Both the position numbers and the translations under genes were made by a program. The notes under the pieces were generated by a model. That model saw nothing but the letters and a program-made list of their open reading frames with translations. It searched no databases and was not told the origin of the DNA. 64,000 nt of DNA from Anolis carolinensis (taxonomy: Eukaryota), in NCBI RefSeq assembly GCF_035594765.1, contig NC_085841.1, positions 327,431,402 to 327,495,401 of the forward strand. The letters run 5' to 3'. Each line of letters opens with the position of its first letter. Positions within the stretch are counted from its first letter, which is position 1. Positions 1 to 12,949 of the stretch are shown here, piece after piece.

Positions 1-865
1 TGGGTAAACATCTCTAAAATTTCAATGCTTGACACGCTGAAAAGGAGAATTGAATTTTTGAGGGTGGAATCCATAAATAAGCGAAGGACCCCAGAAAGGA
101 ACTGTCCCTTTCCCTCTCACCCCACTCCCATACCCCCTCCATCTGGGGATATTTTTCACTACTCTAAGGGGGGTGGGGAGATGAATGCTGATGGCAAGTA
201 GGAATTTCCCAAATTAGGTCATGTTCCCCATGCTCAAACTGCCTCTGGACAAGTTTAGATAATTCCCCTTCCTGCCAAAACTGCCCTCCATGTTGAATAG
301 GTTACGAGAATCCAAGGGATCCCCAGATCTAAAGTAAACGTTTATAAGGACAGGTTGTTGGAAGAGATAAATCTCCCTGATCTCAAGTTCAAAGCTATTT
401 AAAATAGAATAATAACAAAACTGATATACTGCAGTTAATGAGCTAGATGAGCTCCTGGCTGTTTCTTTAACAGAAAATTTGCCACCAGAAGAAGTAATAG
501 CAAGAAAACATTATTTATTTGTTTGTTTATTTATAGCCTGCCTTTTCCCTAGTCCACAAAAATGAAATGTACAAATATAGGATCAGTGATACCTGGTTTG
601 AATACAGTACATGTGAAAGGCGTCTAGGAGCCTTGGTACACCACAAGCTGAACACAAATCAGATTGATGCAACAGCTTCAAAAAGCAGCCAGAGCCACGT
701 TGCAGGGCTGAAGGAAGAGGGCAGCCCTGAGGAGGAGAAGCAGCAGCAATGGGTTAAATAAAATAATGTATAAATATTAAAATTAAAATAGCATCCCTAC
801 TTCGTGGATTTCCACTTATCGCGAGTGGTCCTGGAATGTAACCCCTGCAATAAGTGAGGGAACAC

Positions 866-1610
866 TGTACTCCACTTAGGCAAAAAAAATGGAATGCAAA
901 GATTCAGAATGGGGGACGCCTGGCTCGACAGCAGTACGTGTGTAAAAGACCTTGGAGTCCTCATGGACAACAAGTTAAACATGAGCCAACAATGTGATGC
1001 AGCAGCTTAAAAAGCCAATGGGATTCTGGCCTGCATCAATAGGAGTATAGTTTCTAGATCCAGGGAAGTCATGCCAGCCCTCTATTCGGCCTTGGTCAGA
1101 CCATACCTGGAATACTGTGTCCAATTCTGGGCATCGCAATTTAAGGGAGATGTTGACTAGCTGGAATGTGTCCAGAGGAGGGCGACTAAAATAATCAAGG
1201 GTCTGGAGAACAAACACTATGAGGAGCGTCTTAAAGAGCTGGTCATGTTTAGCTTGCAGAAGAGAAGGCTGAGAGGAGACATGATGGCCATGTATAAATA
1301 TGTGAGGGGAAGTCATAGGGAAGACAGAGCAAGCTTGTTTTCTGTTGCCCTGGAGACTAGGACACAGAACAATGGCTTTAAACTAAAGGAGATTCCACCT
1401 GAACAACAGGAAGAACTTCCTCACTGTGAGAGCTGTTTGGCAGTGGAACTCTCTCCCCCGGACTATGGCTCCTTCTTTGGAGGCTTTTAAGCAGAGGCTG
1501 TATGGCCATCTTTCGGGGGTGCTTTGAGTGTGATTTTCCTGCTTCTTGGCAGGGGGTTGGACTGGATGGGACATGAGGTCTCTTCCAACTCTATGATTCT
1601 ATGATTCTAT
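866..1610 (+). mobile_element. CR1 LINE, 5'-truncated 3' fragment (ORF2 end, 3' UTR)
   Basis: Degenerate CR1 ORF2 C-terminus ([37 protein letters not shown]) ending in the CR1 tail TTCCAACTCTATGATTCTATGATTCTAT. Confidence 0.93.
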
Positions 1611-4374
1611 CCTGGTTATTTGAGTTTTAAAATTTTGTGCTATTGATATCTTACCCATTCTTGAAGGCAGGTTTAGAAGGATTTTACCCCTAAAAGTGGC
1701 CTAGAATATATATATATTTTTAAAAAATCAAACTAAAACTGCTATCACTTAAAAAAACTTTTTAAAAGTTCCTTAAACTTATTATATGGCAAAGGAAAGA
1801 TTGAAAGCTACGCATTTGCAAGCAAGCAGTTGTCTTAAGAACTGGAAGGAGCTCACAAGTACTGTATTTGGTCTTTGGTAAAGTGTAGTTACATGGTTTC
1901 AGTTTTCCTTGACTCACTTGATGAGAGGCTGGCAGTCATGCCAAATTATCTGGTGGGTTCATAATGTGCCTCAACAGTGACTGAAGATGATACCACCAAG
2001 CATAGTCTCTTTTCAGGCTCAATGTGGAATTTAAATTAATGTTCCCAAGGGTGAAAGTCTATCTAACCATACCATCTAGCCACTCCAATTACATTTTTCC
2101 CTCAGCCCAATCAACATTACATTGCTGAAATTTAAATAATATAAACATAATAAGAGGGTTATTTTGGCAGAATTTGACAAGCTACATATATTTCATTTTT
2201 GAGGAAAGGCACTTGAGGACTCATGCTTCAGAGATGTGAGAGCTTTTTTTGGCAGCTGCTGCTGGCTCTATGCTGGATAAGGCAGGCATTCTAGGAAGTC
2301 GAAAAAACGCTTAGTGACTTCACAGAGGGTGATCTGCACTATATAGTCACAGTGACTAAAGGCCACTTTCAGCTGCTATGGCTCAATCCTATGGAATCAT
2401 GGGATATATAGGATTTTGAGGTGTTAGAATTATTTGCTCTAACATTAAAACTCAAGTGGTGGGAAGATTTCTCTCAAATAGTGACATCTAAGTAGCTTAC
2501 CAAAATTCCATTTTTCCTTTGGTTGGAACCATTGCAATTAAAGCAGTATCAAACTGAACAATGTAGCTACAAGCAGAGGATACATCTACACTGAAGAATG
2601 AATGCAGTTGCTAGCGAAACAGGGCATTTTTTCTCATTACCTAAATGAGAACTTTATCTCATTTATTTAGAAACGCTTTGGATGTTCTCCTCTGGGTGCC
2701 AAGACCTCCAATAGTGAAAGAGCGGCTACCAGGGGCTTTCTATCAGGAAATCTGTCCAGCCCTTCATTGCATGCATTTAGAACTCAGACCTTAAAGCAGG
2801 CATATATGGATTTTTATTTTAATTACCCAGATTTATTAACTCCTTTCAGTGTTCCACTCTCTCATTTTGATACTGAAACAATGGGCTTATATTTATGATT
2901 TTATTGACTGTTCTATTTTACGTGTATAAATTGCTGTGACAGCATTACTCAGCTTGATAGTATAAACATTGAATTAATATACAGTACGGGATTGTGACCT
3001 GTTGCACTGATTTTCCACATGCTGCAAACACCAGTTTACTGCACATTCTACAAGTTACACAATATCAAAAACTGTGCTGCAGTATAAAACACCTATAAAT
3101 AAGTAAATAATGGTATGGCTGATTTAAACACTTATCAAATTGAACATTATTCTAATTTATTATGAACCATAAAAAGGGATCTGTCATTATATGTACTCTT
3201 TGTGTATCAATAGTTACATTTAAACTGTTAAATCTGGATTGGTTGAATTTAAAGCCTGTTGTGAAAATATTGCTATATATTCCCAAGTGAAACGTGCAGT
3301 ATATAGCAATGCTAATGAAATGGTCTGTTTTGTTATCTCCTCCTTTTCTTTCTGCCTTCTAAAAGACACAGTCTCTCCAGTTTCTCTAAAAAAGATTTTG
3401 TGGGCGCACAGGAGGGACACTATGGGGTGGAAGGAAATCTAATTTTGCTATTTCCATTCATAGAACTGCTTCTGTCAGCGAAATGACAGCATTGGACCCA
3501 GACCTCCAATTTTATGGGGTTAAAATTGTGTTTTATTTTATTTTTTTATGTATTTTTAAAGAAAGGAATTTAACCCTATAACTTTTTATTGGGGTTTCTT
3601 TCGGCCAATGTTACAAATACAAATAACAGAATAAAACTCTACTAGTTCCCTTCAAATTTTGGATATTTTTGGGGAAAAACCTTCATTATCATAAGCTATA
3701 CAAGGAACATGTTGAAACAGAGCAGAGTTCTAATGAGTTAATGTAAAAGACAAGCAATTTGCATGAAAGCTGGCGGTCTCTACCCTGACAGTCATCCATC
3801 AAACCAAAAGGCTCTTTAATAAATGCCAATTATAGGGCAAATATGCACAAAACGTGGCTAGCATAAGCCATGGGATCATTTCCTTCCGAGAAAATTAGTG
3901 GTGAGATGGACTCCCAGGCAGTATAAACTACCAGCCTGCCCTAAAGCAAGGATCACTCCTGATCTGAATACTAAATAGTAATTGCTATTTGTCTTTGACT
4001 TTTGTTGTATTTTGCACTTCTAGAGCAGCTTACAAAAGACAGAAAATTCTATATTCAGGACTGCAAATGCCTTCATAATTTATATGAAAGCCTTACTGAG
4101 CTATAAAAAGGAAAGGGGGAGTATGATACGCCTATAATGTATACAGTGTCTCCGACTTCCGCTGTAAACGAGTCTTTTTCCTAACTTAATCATACTCAAA
4201 TTTCACCCCATTTAAAGATCCTGATTCAAAAATATTCTCTCATTCGCCACAGTCCACAAATTTATTCCATCTCTTCCTGTGATCCTATATGCTGCATAAA
4301 TTAAAAAAGAATGGTTTTCAATAAGACCTGGACATGTGTAGATTTATTCTTCAATTAAATTGAGATGTAATAAA

Positions 4375-4377
<3 letters not shown>

Positions 4378-4432
<55 letters not shown>
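4378..4432. repeat. (TG)n microsatellite
   Basis: Uninterrupted TG run. Confidence 0.98.
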
Positions 4433-4434
<2 letters not shown>

Positions 4435-4711
4435 GAGGAAGAAAGAATAAGTAATAGAGATATCATTTTGAGTTTGATTGCTAGAATTTATAACCCTGAC
4501 ATTTCATCCCAAAATGGCAATCAAATATAGAGCATTCTATAGTGGTATAGTGGTATGGGACTAAAAAAACACACACACTCAGGCTTAAAATCTATTTAAG
4601 CCAAGAAGTTGAAGCAATCACTCTCTTTCAGCCTCAACTACCACACAAAGCTGCTGAAAGGGAAGAGACAGCATATATACTGCTATAAATTTCAACTAAG
4701 CCAGTGCATTT

Positions 4712-4870
4712 TAATGGTTTGACTGCTGGATTAAGACTGTGGGAGACCAGGGTTCGAATCCCCACCTGGCCAAAGAAACCCACTAGGCAGCTTACTCTGG
4801 GCATATCTTACAAAGAGAGCTCCTTAGGGTCACTGTAAGTTAGGAATAATTTGAAGCACACAACCACAAG
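4712..4870 (+). mobile_element. tRNA-derived SINE fragment
   Basis: Pol III B-box GGTTCGAATCCC at about 4751; a related copy lies at about 15020-15250 (GGTTCAAATCCC). Confidence 0.6.
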
Positions 4871-5116
4871 TTGCACTTGGAGATAACATTCATAGAGAAA
4901 GGGACATTGCAGCAATTTTGCCAGTTCTCTCTGTAGACTCTAGCAAAGACCAGAGGACAGAAAAGTTACTTGTCTGGACTATAGCTCAGAATACCCTGCA
5001 GGCCATGTTGCCTATAACTTTCTATGGTCAACATTTGGTAAAAATTGGCCATAAAGTCACACCGGAGAACCTAGAAATTCTTAGAGAAGCCCTAGCTATC
5101 AAATCCACAAGGTCTA

Positions 5117-5442
5117 AAGGTAAATGTTTTCCTCTGACATTAAGTCTAGTAGTGCCCAATTCTGGGGGGTTGGTGCTCATCCATTTCTAAGTCGAAGAGC
5201 TGACGTTGTCCGTAGAAGCCTCCTAGGTCATGTGGATGGCATGACTGCATGGAGCATCGTTACCTTCCTGGTGAAGCGGTACCTATCAATCTACTCACAT
5301 GTATATGTTTTCAAACTGCTAGGTTGGCAGAAGCTGGGGCTAACAGTGAGAGCTCACCCCCGCTCCCCGTATTTGAACTGCTGACCTTTCGATCAGCAAG
5401 TTCAGCAGCTCAGTGGTTTAACCTGCTGCACCATCGGGGGCT
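5117..5442 (-). mobile_element. Sauria SINE
   Basis: Reverse complement of the copies at 21336, 35415 and 43304 (CCTAGCAGTTCGAAAACATG, GAGATGAGCACC, ACCTTT tail). Confidence 0.9.
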
Positions 5443-5726
5443 CCCAAATCCTCAAATAATCCTGCAATTAACCATCATTTTATTAGATTGGTCTCCTCTA
5501 GATCACATTCTGAGATACATTCAACAAACATTGAGGATTTACTTTTCTCAGCGAAATATGTTATTGCTCACAGAACATGGGGCAACAACTATTAAAGTTT
5601 CTTTATGTATTTATTGTTAATTAAGAATAAATGCTTTTAAAAAGAGATGAAAGCAATGTATTTCACTCCGAGCTTATAAAGAAGTCAGCATATAAGGAAG
5701 TCAACTACAGGTCATAAAGCTGATCT

Positions 5727-5762
5727 TTCTTCTTCTCCTTCTTCTTCTTCTTCTTCTTCTTC

Positions 5763-5808
<46 letters not shown>
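5727..5808. repeat. compound (TTC)n(TTA)n microsatellite
   Basis: Direct inspection. Confidence 0.95.
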
Positions 5809-5810
<2 letters not shown>

Positions 5811-6433
5811 TACTACTAGTAGTATTTATATATCTCCCAAAGAAGACTTAAAGCATCCTTTTCCTTCTCTTAACGGCTTTGATTCACTGCCATCATGGGA
5901 CTTCCAGGGCCTGGAAAGCCTACAAATCACTAGCAGGTATGATTACTGTTCACGTTTTCAGGGAAATTCTGGGTATTGAAGTCCAAAAAGTAACAACTTT
6001 GGCAAGAGATTTTTTTTCCATCAGGTTCCCCATACCACATTTGGTGTTAATAAGCATCCTGATAGGTAGCAAATGTTTAAGTATCGAAAGTCACCAGAAC
6101 TAATGGTATGGTATATTCAATAGCTAAGAATAAAGAAAGAACTATGTTGACTACATAAAGCAGATTTCTAGGTAGCAGCAGGACCTTGTCCTGGTTCCTA
6201 ATGACAGGATTAATTTCTTAGGGGGGCATGATCCTGCTTGCTGCACTTATTGCAACATGCGGCCTGAGTCCCAGGTTGATGTCTTTCCTAATTGACCTCC
6301 CTTGTGACATCTCCCATCGCACCGGCGGGCCCGTGCTATATTCACTTATTTCCATGTTGCCTGAAATTATGATGAATGATCTGAGCTCCATTCAATTATT
6401 GAAAAAGTGCAAAGAAACAGGAACAATGAAACT

Positions 6434-6669
6434 NNNNNNNNNNNNNNNNNNNNNNNNNNNNNNNNNNNNNNNNNNNNNNNNNNNNNNNNNNNNNNNNNNN
6501 NNNNNNNNNNNNNNNNNNNNNNNNNNNNNNNNNNNNNNNNNNNNNNNNNNNNNNNNNNNNNNNNNNNNNNNNNNNNNNNNNNNNNNNNNNNNNNNNNNNN
6601 NNNNNNNNNNNNNNNNNNNNNNNNNNNNNNNNNNNNNNNNNNNNNNNNNNNNNNNNNNNNNNNNNNNNN
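6434..6669. other. assembly gap (236 N)
   Basis: Run of N. Confidence 1.
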
Positions 6670-7261
6670 CTTAACTTCCAGATTGCAAGGATCGGTGTTG
6701 TGACAGTTTTCCGTCAGCATACCGATTGCAGGCAGGATGTTACACACGCAAAACAAAACGATGAAACAATGGAGCTAAATGAAGCCTGTTCACTTAGTTT
6801 TGTATAAAACAATGTTAATTATCACACCAAGTTTCAAGGTTTCTTCATTCATCATGGGCTTCACATTTATAAATGGTTTATTTACTGTTACACACGAAGA
6901 AGGGTAGAGTGTACATCTGAGAGGCAATTTGAACAAGACAGTAACCAATCAGGAATGAAGAAATAGCATGAAACCTTCTTCAGATGCCAAGAAATGGATC
7001 CAATTCTCATGGTCCCAATCGCAAATTCTGGTACTATAGCGCAGGGCTTCTTAATTATTTTCCATTTGCGACCCCTTTCATTCCAAGATATATATTTTTT
7101 TGCAACCTCAAGTATATAAAATAGGTATAAAAATCAAACATTTCCTTCAATAAATCAGCATTTACAAGGCTTGCTAAACAAGCTATTTTTCTTTTTATGA
7201 AATACAGCTAAAGCATTTTCTGCAGAGTCCACTCTACATTGCTGCTAACAGATTTTTGTAA

Positions 7262-7411
7262 GGGCCTTTTCACACTGCCCTATGTCCCAGGATCTGATCC
7301 CAGATTATCTGCTTTAAACTGGAATATATGAGTCTCCACTGCCAGATATTCTGGGATGAGCAGATAATCTGGGATCAGATCCTGGGATATAGGGATGGTG
7401 TGGAAAGGCCC
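7262..7411. mobile_element. PIF/Harbinger-type palindromic MITE
   Basis: TIR GGGCCTTTTCACAC...GTGTGGAAAGGCCC, near-complete fold-back, TAA on both sides. Confidence 0.8.
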
Positions 7412-9238
7412 TAAATGTCTAGGTGGCATTCAGAAACCATTTACTGTTGCCAGTTGTTTCATGGTTCCAGCTTTGAGCAATGCTATAGTGCAAAAGTGCC
7501 ATTTCATGGATACACTAGAACTCCTTTAAGCAATTTAAAAGAGAAAGGAACAAATAATACAATTTTTGTTCCAACTTTTTTCAGAATTAAAAAGAAGCCC
7601 TCTTGATGATAGAAATAAAATATTGCAACTTGTGCTAGGCATTGCCAAAAATAGTCTGGGACAAGAGAAATGTCATTTGGGTATTTAAAAAGAAAGAAAG
7701 AAAAAGAAGAAGAACGACAGCAACAAATGACACATTGGCTCTATGTGGTGAAGCCGTCTGTTAAATAATCAGTCATTGATTGTTCTTTTCTTTCTCCCCC
7801 ATTCAAGAAATCTACACCTCTTGTCAGACACATGAGTATCGCACACAGGTGTTGACGTTTTCTAAATCCCACCCCTCAACTTAGGGAGATGTTCAAAAGT
7901 CAGACACCTCCAAATAGGAGGCCTTGCTTTTTAAGTAGGCTCCATTGGTGCGAAGGGAAGCCTGGTGCACCCTCCAGAGGTCCCAATATGACAAATATTT
8001 TTGATCTTTGGTTGCTCTACTTTTTCAACTGCTTTGAAAATGTCCCAGGTTCTCTCCCTTCCTACCATGTTCCCTCTTATCCTCAGTGCATGTCAGTTGC
8101 TGCAAAGCAAGTTCAAAAGTAGCTTATACTCAGTTAACTGGGGAAGGGGAGAAGCTTGTTTTTCCCTATAGGCTCAAGCAACAGAAAACATTTGCAGCCT
8201 CTTATCAGTCTCCTTTCTTATTCAGAACCTTTTTCAGATTGCACACTGCTTAGCCACATGTGTCCTGGTTTTAATCTGTGAAATGTTGACAACGTTTGAT
8301 AATAATATTTCTTTTCCCCCACCCTTTTTAGCACCTGCACCAAGAACTCTTTAAAAACCTAATGAAATCTACTGCCTTAGTTATTGCCTAACGCTACTCT
8401 CTCTGGACACAATCCACCTGGAAATCATCTTGCGAAATCTGCTAAAACGAGTGGAAATTACAGAAGTTAATTTGTGTCAATGTACTTTGCACTGGATAAC
8501 CTCCAGGTAACTTACTTTGTTACTGAGTTTGTGAAAGTGTGTGTGTGTGGTACATAGTCATTTGTCTTTTTCTCCCCGTTGCTGGTCTTATTTGTTTTAT
8601 ATTCAAATCCCCAGAGCTAACACTGTGGCAAAGGAACTTTTCTAAGGGCTGCACCAGATGTGTTTGCACTTATTGAGCATGCATACACCCATCTGAATAT
8701 AAATTGAACAGGGTGGAGAGAATTCATTTTGAACACTAAAGAGAATCTGCAGGTGACAGAAGCAAAATGAACCTCCTTTTCCTTATTTAAGCTGTTTGCC
8801 CCAACTTAGTTCCCATACTCAAGTGAAAGTACAGAAGGTAACATGAGGAAAGAAGTGAGGGTTTTGTAATCTCCCACCCAACCACAAACATACACAACCA
8901 CAAAGTGTATAGCAATGCCTGAAGTGTACTCCCAAGGGTGCTCTGACCTTGCCATCCCCTCCCAAGCCATCATGCACTAATTTCATACCAATAACTCTTT
9001 CTTTGCTTCTACTCACACCAAGGAAAAATTAGTCTCAATCAGGATCACTGTAGAAGGCACTGGAGAAAGGTTTCTTCAGCCATCATTCAAAGAGCTATGC
9101 TGAAATCTCTCCAAGTTGGGTATGAAATGGAAGGAAAAGAACAGTCCATCATCTCCAAGGAGCCTCCAACACCACAATTAGCATCATTGGAGGCCCTCAG
9201 GTTCAAAAAAGCTTTGCAGACCTCATTATAATCATAGT

Positions 9239-9971
9239 GATATACATGAGTTTAATAAAAAAAAATCAGGCGTCTGGTTTGGCTCTCATGTCTTCATTTT
9301 CTAACCCAAAAATCACAGATATCTATACAGTATAAAGGAGGTAAACAAAGGTTGTGTGTGTTAAGTCACTGTAATATTATGCATATATATCCACCAAAAT
9401 ATTGACACGTAGCAGTGTAGTGTTTCGAAAAAGATATTTCAGGATTGAATTCTCACAAGTATGTGTTCATATAACGAAACAGTTTGAGTTTTAATTACTC
9501 TGCTGCTGAAAGCATATAATGCAGGGTTAAGCTTTTACTCATATTTTACTCATAAGTAACATCATATATGCATAGGTAACAAAATAGTTAGAGTTCAATT
9601 CACTATTTTGCGACTTGTTATAACAATATTATAATTGCACAGTATGTTGCAAGTAGTTGTCTTCTTTTTCTTTTTTGCATATGAGGAGAAGGTTGCTAAG
9701 TAGAAATGAAGGAAGTCTCTGATAAGAGAAATGTTTGTTGTGTCCTTAAAGGGATGCACGACAAAGAGTCCCGGGTTTTTTTCTTCTTTGTTTCGGGTCA
9801 AACCCTTCTTCAGGTTTTTTTTAAGGCCAATTAAGTTACAGAGACTCTATATTCTCCTTGAATTCTCATTCCTACATAAATATCAACAGACAAAAAACAA
9901 TAGATATGCATGAGTTTAATAAAAAAAAAATCAGGCGTCTGGTTTGGCTCTCATGTCTTCATTTTCTAACC
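9239..9971 (-). mobile_element. Direct-repeat-bounded element carrying a hammerhead ribozyme (Penelope/retrozyme-like)
   Basis: Direct repeats 9239-9306 and 9903-9971 (one substitution, one A indel) enclose about 600 bp containing a hammerhead core on the minus strand. Confidence 0.55.
9757..9815 (-). ncRNA. Hammerhead ribozyme core (type I topology, Penelope-like)
   Basis: Minus-strand RNA: AC-CUGAAGA-A-GGGU(UUG)ACCC-GAAA-CAAAGA(loop with CCCGGG)UCUUUG-UC^GU; all conserved core bases present; GUC cleavage triplet at 9762-9760. Confidence 0.7.
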
Positions 9972-11599
9972 GCCAGATCTGGTGCCTTCAAAGCAGACTA
10001 GGCTATAACCTCTTATCACTCCAGCTCATGTGATTATACTTCTAATAATCTGGATAATGCTAGCTCCCTTCCACACAGCTGAATAAAATCCTACATTATC
10101 TGCTTTGAACTGGGATAAATGGCAGAAGCAGAAGACGCAAGCAGCCATTTGAAGACATACTTGAACATAGCAGAACCTCTAAGACTAAGTGCAAAGAATA
10201 AGTTCCTAGTAGAATCTTTTATGGACATAGTCCACCAGATGGAAGACTTTATGAATTCAGCCATCTTTCATTGGTAGTACTTCCTCTAATTACTCAGCTC
10301 CTTGAAAAATCCAATACTATAATTTTGCACATTAAGACAAAATAATTTTGCATTGATTCCTCTGAGGTTTTTCTTATTTACTTTGCTTTTTCCCTCTAGG
10401 AGAATGGAGATTTATGTGTGTGTGTATCTCACAAAGGTAGCATTACTTGAGTGTTAAAGCACAGAAAAGTCTAGCTTTAAAACAATAACACAGGCTTTCA
10501 TTTTTTAAGTTGGTAGAAGGACAACAGCAATTATCTTTGGAGGCAATCCCATCACAGCTTGGAAGCATCTTTCAGCCAACCCAACAGCCAGTCCATTAAG
10601 AAAACATTTGGTTCTACCATCAAAAATATTTCACTTGCCAAGAATTTGTGGAATTAAATTTTAACTTAAAATGACTAAGAAAAACCTTTGACTGAAATAA
10701 TGGAGAACCGAATTTCAGATTCACAAGTAACAAGTATGGGCAAAAAAAAAAACCCAACATAAAACAAATGCTGCCATATCTAATTTAAAACTGGGTGGGG
10801 TGGTGGCGCTGAGGGTGATGAAGAAGGCTGGAAAAATAAATCTCCCTCCCTGGACATCAAACCAACAACTTTTTAAATGGAATTGCCTCTACCTCAAGAT
10901 TTTCATTGCATTTACTGTTCTTAAAAAGTAGATAACTTTGTGGGTTTTATAAAACGGCAATGAAATCACCTACAAATTTAGGTTTGAGCATTGCATCCTT
11001 TGCATATTGAGGTGATACTATCCCCCAGAGTTGAATGGGATTTAGTCCCAGGAAAATGTAAATGTATTACAAAATCTGGGATGGGAATGGACTACATGAC
11101 TATGCAGAAAGACCTGTGATCTTTCAACAGAGGAAAAAAGAGAAAGATCTCCAAAATGATAAGCTATTTCTCTTATCTGCCAATAGGTACAAAATTCCAC
11201 AGGTTAAAAATTTAATAGCAATCTGTAATAGCAATAATAGCAAGTAAATAATTATCAAATCAGGTGGAAGAGATCACAAAGTCATCCAATAATAATAATA
11301 ATAATAATCTAGACTGGACCTGAGTTTAGGAACATGCAGAGAGCAGGAAACAATGGTCTTCTCTAATCCCCAACCAATTCTCCCAACCCCATGAAAATAC
11401 TACAAAGGAAGCTGATAAACAGAATGGGCTAAAGTACATGGAGACTGGATTCCTGAAGCAGTTATCTCACTCTCTTTAACACAACCTATCCTATCCAGCA
11501 AACAATGGGCTTTTAAGAGAGGAGCGGTGGGAAAGTGTTTTAGCTCTTTTGACCATGCCTAAATTTTTCTCCAAAACACTGATGATGCCATCACCATTG

Positions 11600-12830
11600 G
11601 CGATTCCTCACATCCAAATATGATTGACTTCCAAGTGTAGGGTCTTGGTGATGGGTCCATAGGTGGCTGTAGGCCTATTCTAGATCTTCATGTCCTTTCA
11701 CAGTGAGGACATCAGTTTCCAGATGGAAGGCGGTCCCAATCAGGGTTGGCTTGATGTGCCTTCCTTTTGACACATTTCTCCCTTTCACTCTCCATTCATG
11801 CCCCTTCAAATTCCACAGCACTGTTGGTAATAGCTGACCTTCAGGTAGAACACTCAAGGACCAGGGTTTCCAAGTTCTCATTGTCTATGCCACAGTTTTT
11901 AAGGTTGGCTTTAAGTCCATCTTTAAATCTCTTTTCCTGTCCACCAACTTTCTGTTTTCCATTCTTGAGTTGAGCGTATAGTAACTGCCTTGGGAGACTG
12001 TGATCAGGCATTTGGACAACGTGGCCAGTCCAGCAAAGTTGATGGCGAAGAATCATCGCTTCAGTGCTGGTGGTCTTTGCTTCTTCCAGAATGCTGCCAT
12101 TTGTCTGCCTGTCTTCCCAAGAGATTTGCAGGATTTGATGGAATCTTTCCAGAAGTTGAGTGTGACGTCTATAGATAGTCCATGTTTCGCAGGCAAATAA
12201 CAAGGAAGGGAGGACAATAGCTTTATAAACAAGCATCTTGGTATCCCTACGAATGTACTTATCCTCAAACATTCTCTGTTTCATTATTAAATATGCTGTA
12301 CTTGCAGAGCTCAGGCAGTGTTGCATTTCAGTGTCAATGCTGACTTTTGTGGAAAGGTGGCTGCCAAGATAAAGGAAATGTTCAACTTTATCTAACATTA
12401 CACCATTAAGCTGTATTTCTGACATTGCAGAGAGATTGACTGGTGCCTGCTGAAAAAGCACTTTGGTTTTCTCGATGTTTAGTGAAAGGCCACACTTTTT
12501 GTATTCTTCTGCAAAAGTGTTTAGAGTGGCTTGTAGGTATTCTTTTGAATAAGCACAGACTACATTATCATCAGCATATCGGAGTTCTATAACAGATGTT
12601 GTTGTGATCTTGGTTTTGGCTTTCAATCTGCTGAGGTTACATAGCTTGCCATTTGTCTGATAGATTATTTCCACACAGTGGGAAGCTTCCCATAACAAGG
12701 CGCAGTATTATGGCAATGAAAAGGGAAAATAAGGTCGGAGCAACAACACATCCCTGTTTGACACCTGATTCCACCCTAAATGGGTCACTTTGAGAGCCAT
12801 TGCTGTCCATGTGAAACATTCAGCATACAC
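11600..12830 (-). mobile_element. RTE-clade LINE 3' fragment (RT domain, 3' UTR)
   Basis: ORFs 12637-12819 (GVKQGCVVAPTLF) and 11841-12698 (LRYADD, LNIEKTKV, YLGSHLS, WTGHVVQMPDHSLPRQLLY), frameshifted. Confidence 0.92.
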
Positions 12831-12949
12831 ATTAACTGGCAATGTGATATAATCAATAAAGAATGGGTTGATTTTCTTCTGAAAATCTTTGGTGTGCCCC
12901 ATTGCCCAGCACATGTTCCCAATAGGATCCCTAGTGCCTTTTCTTTTCT

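Noticed and set aside
6228-6756. ORFs of 98-148 aa
   Set aside because: Open only because they run through the N gap
11841-12698. 285-aa ORF as a host gene
   Set aside because: It is the RT/C-terminal part of a truncated, frameshifted RTE LINE
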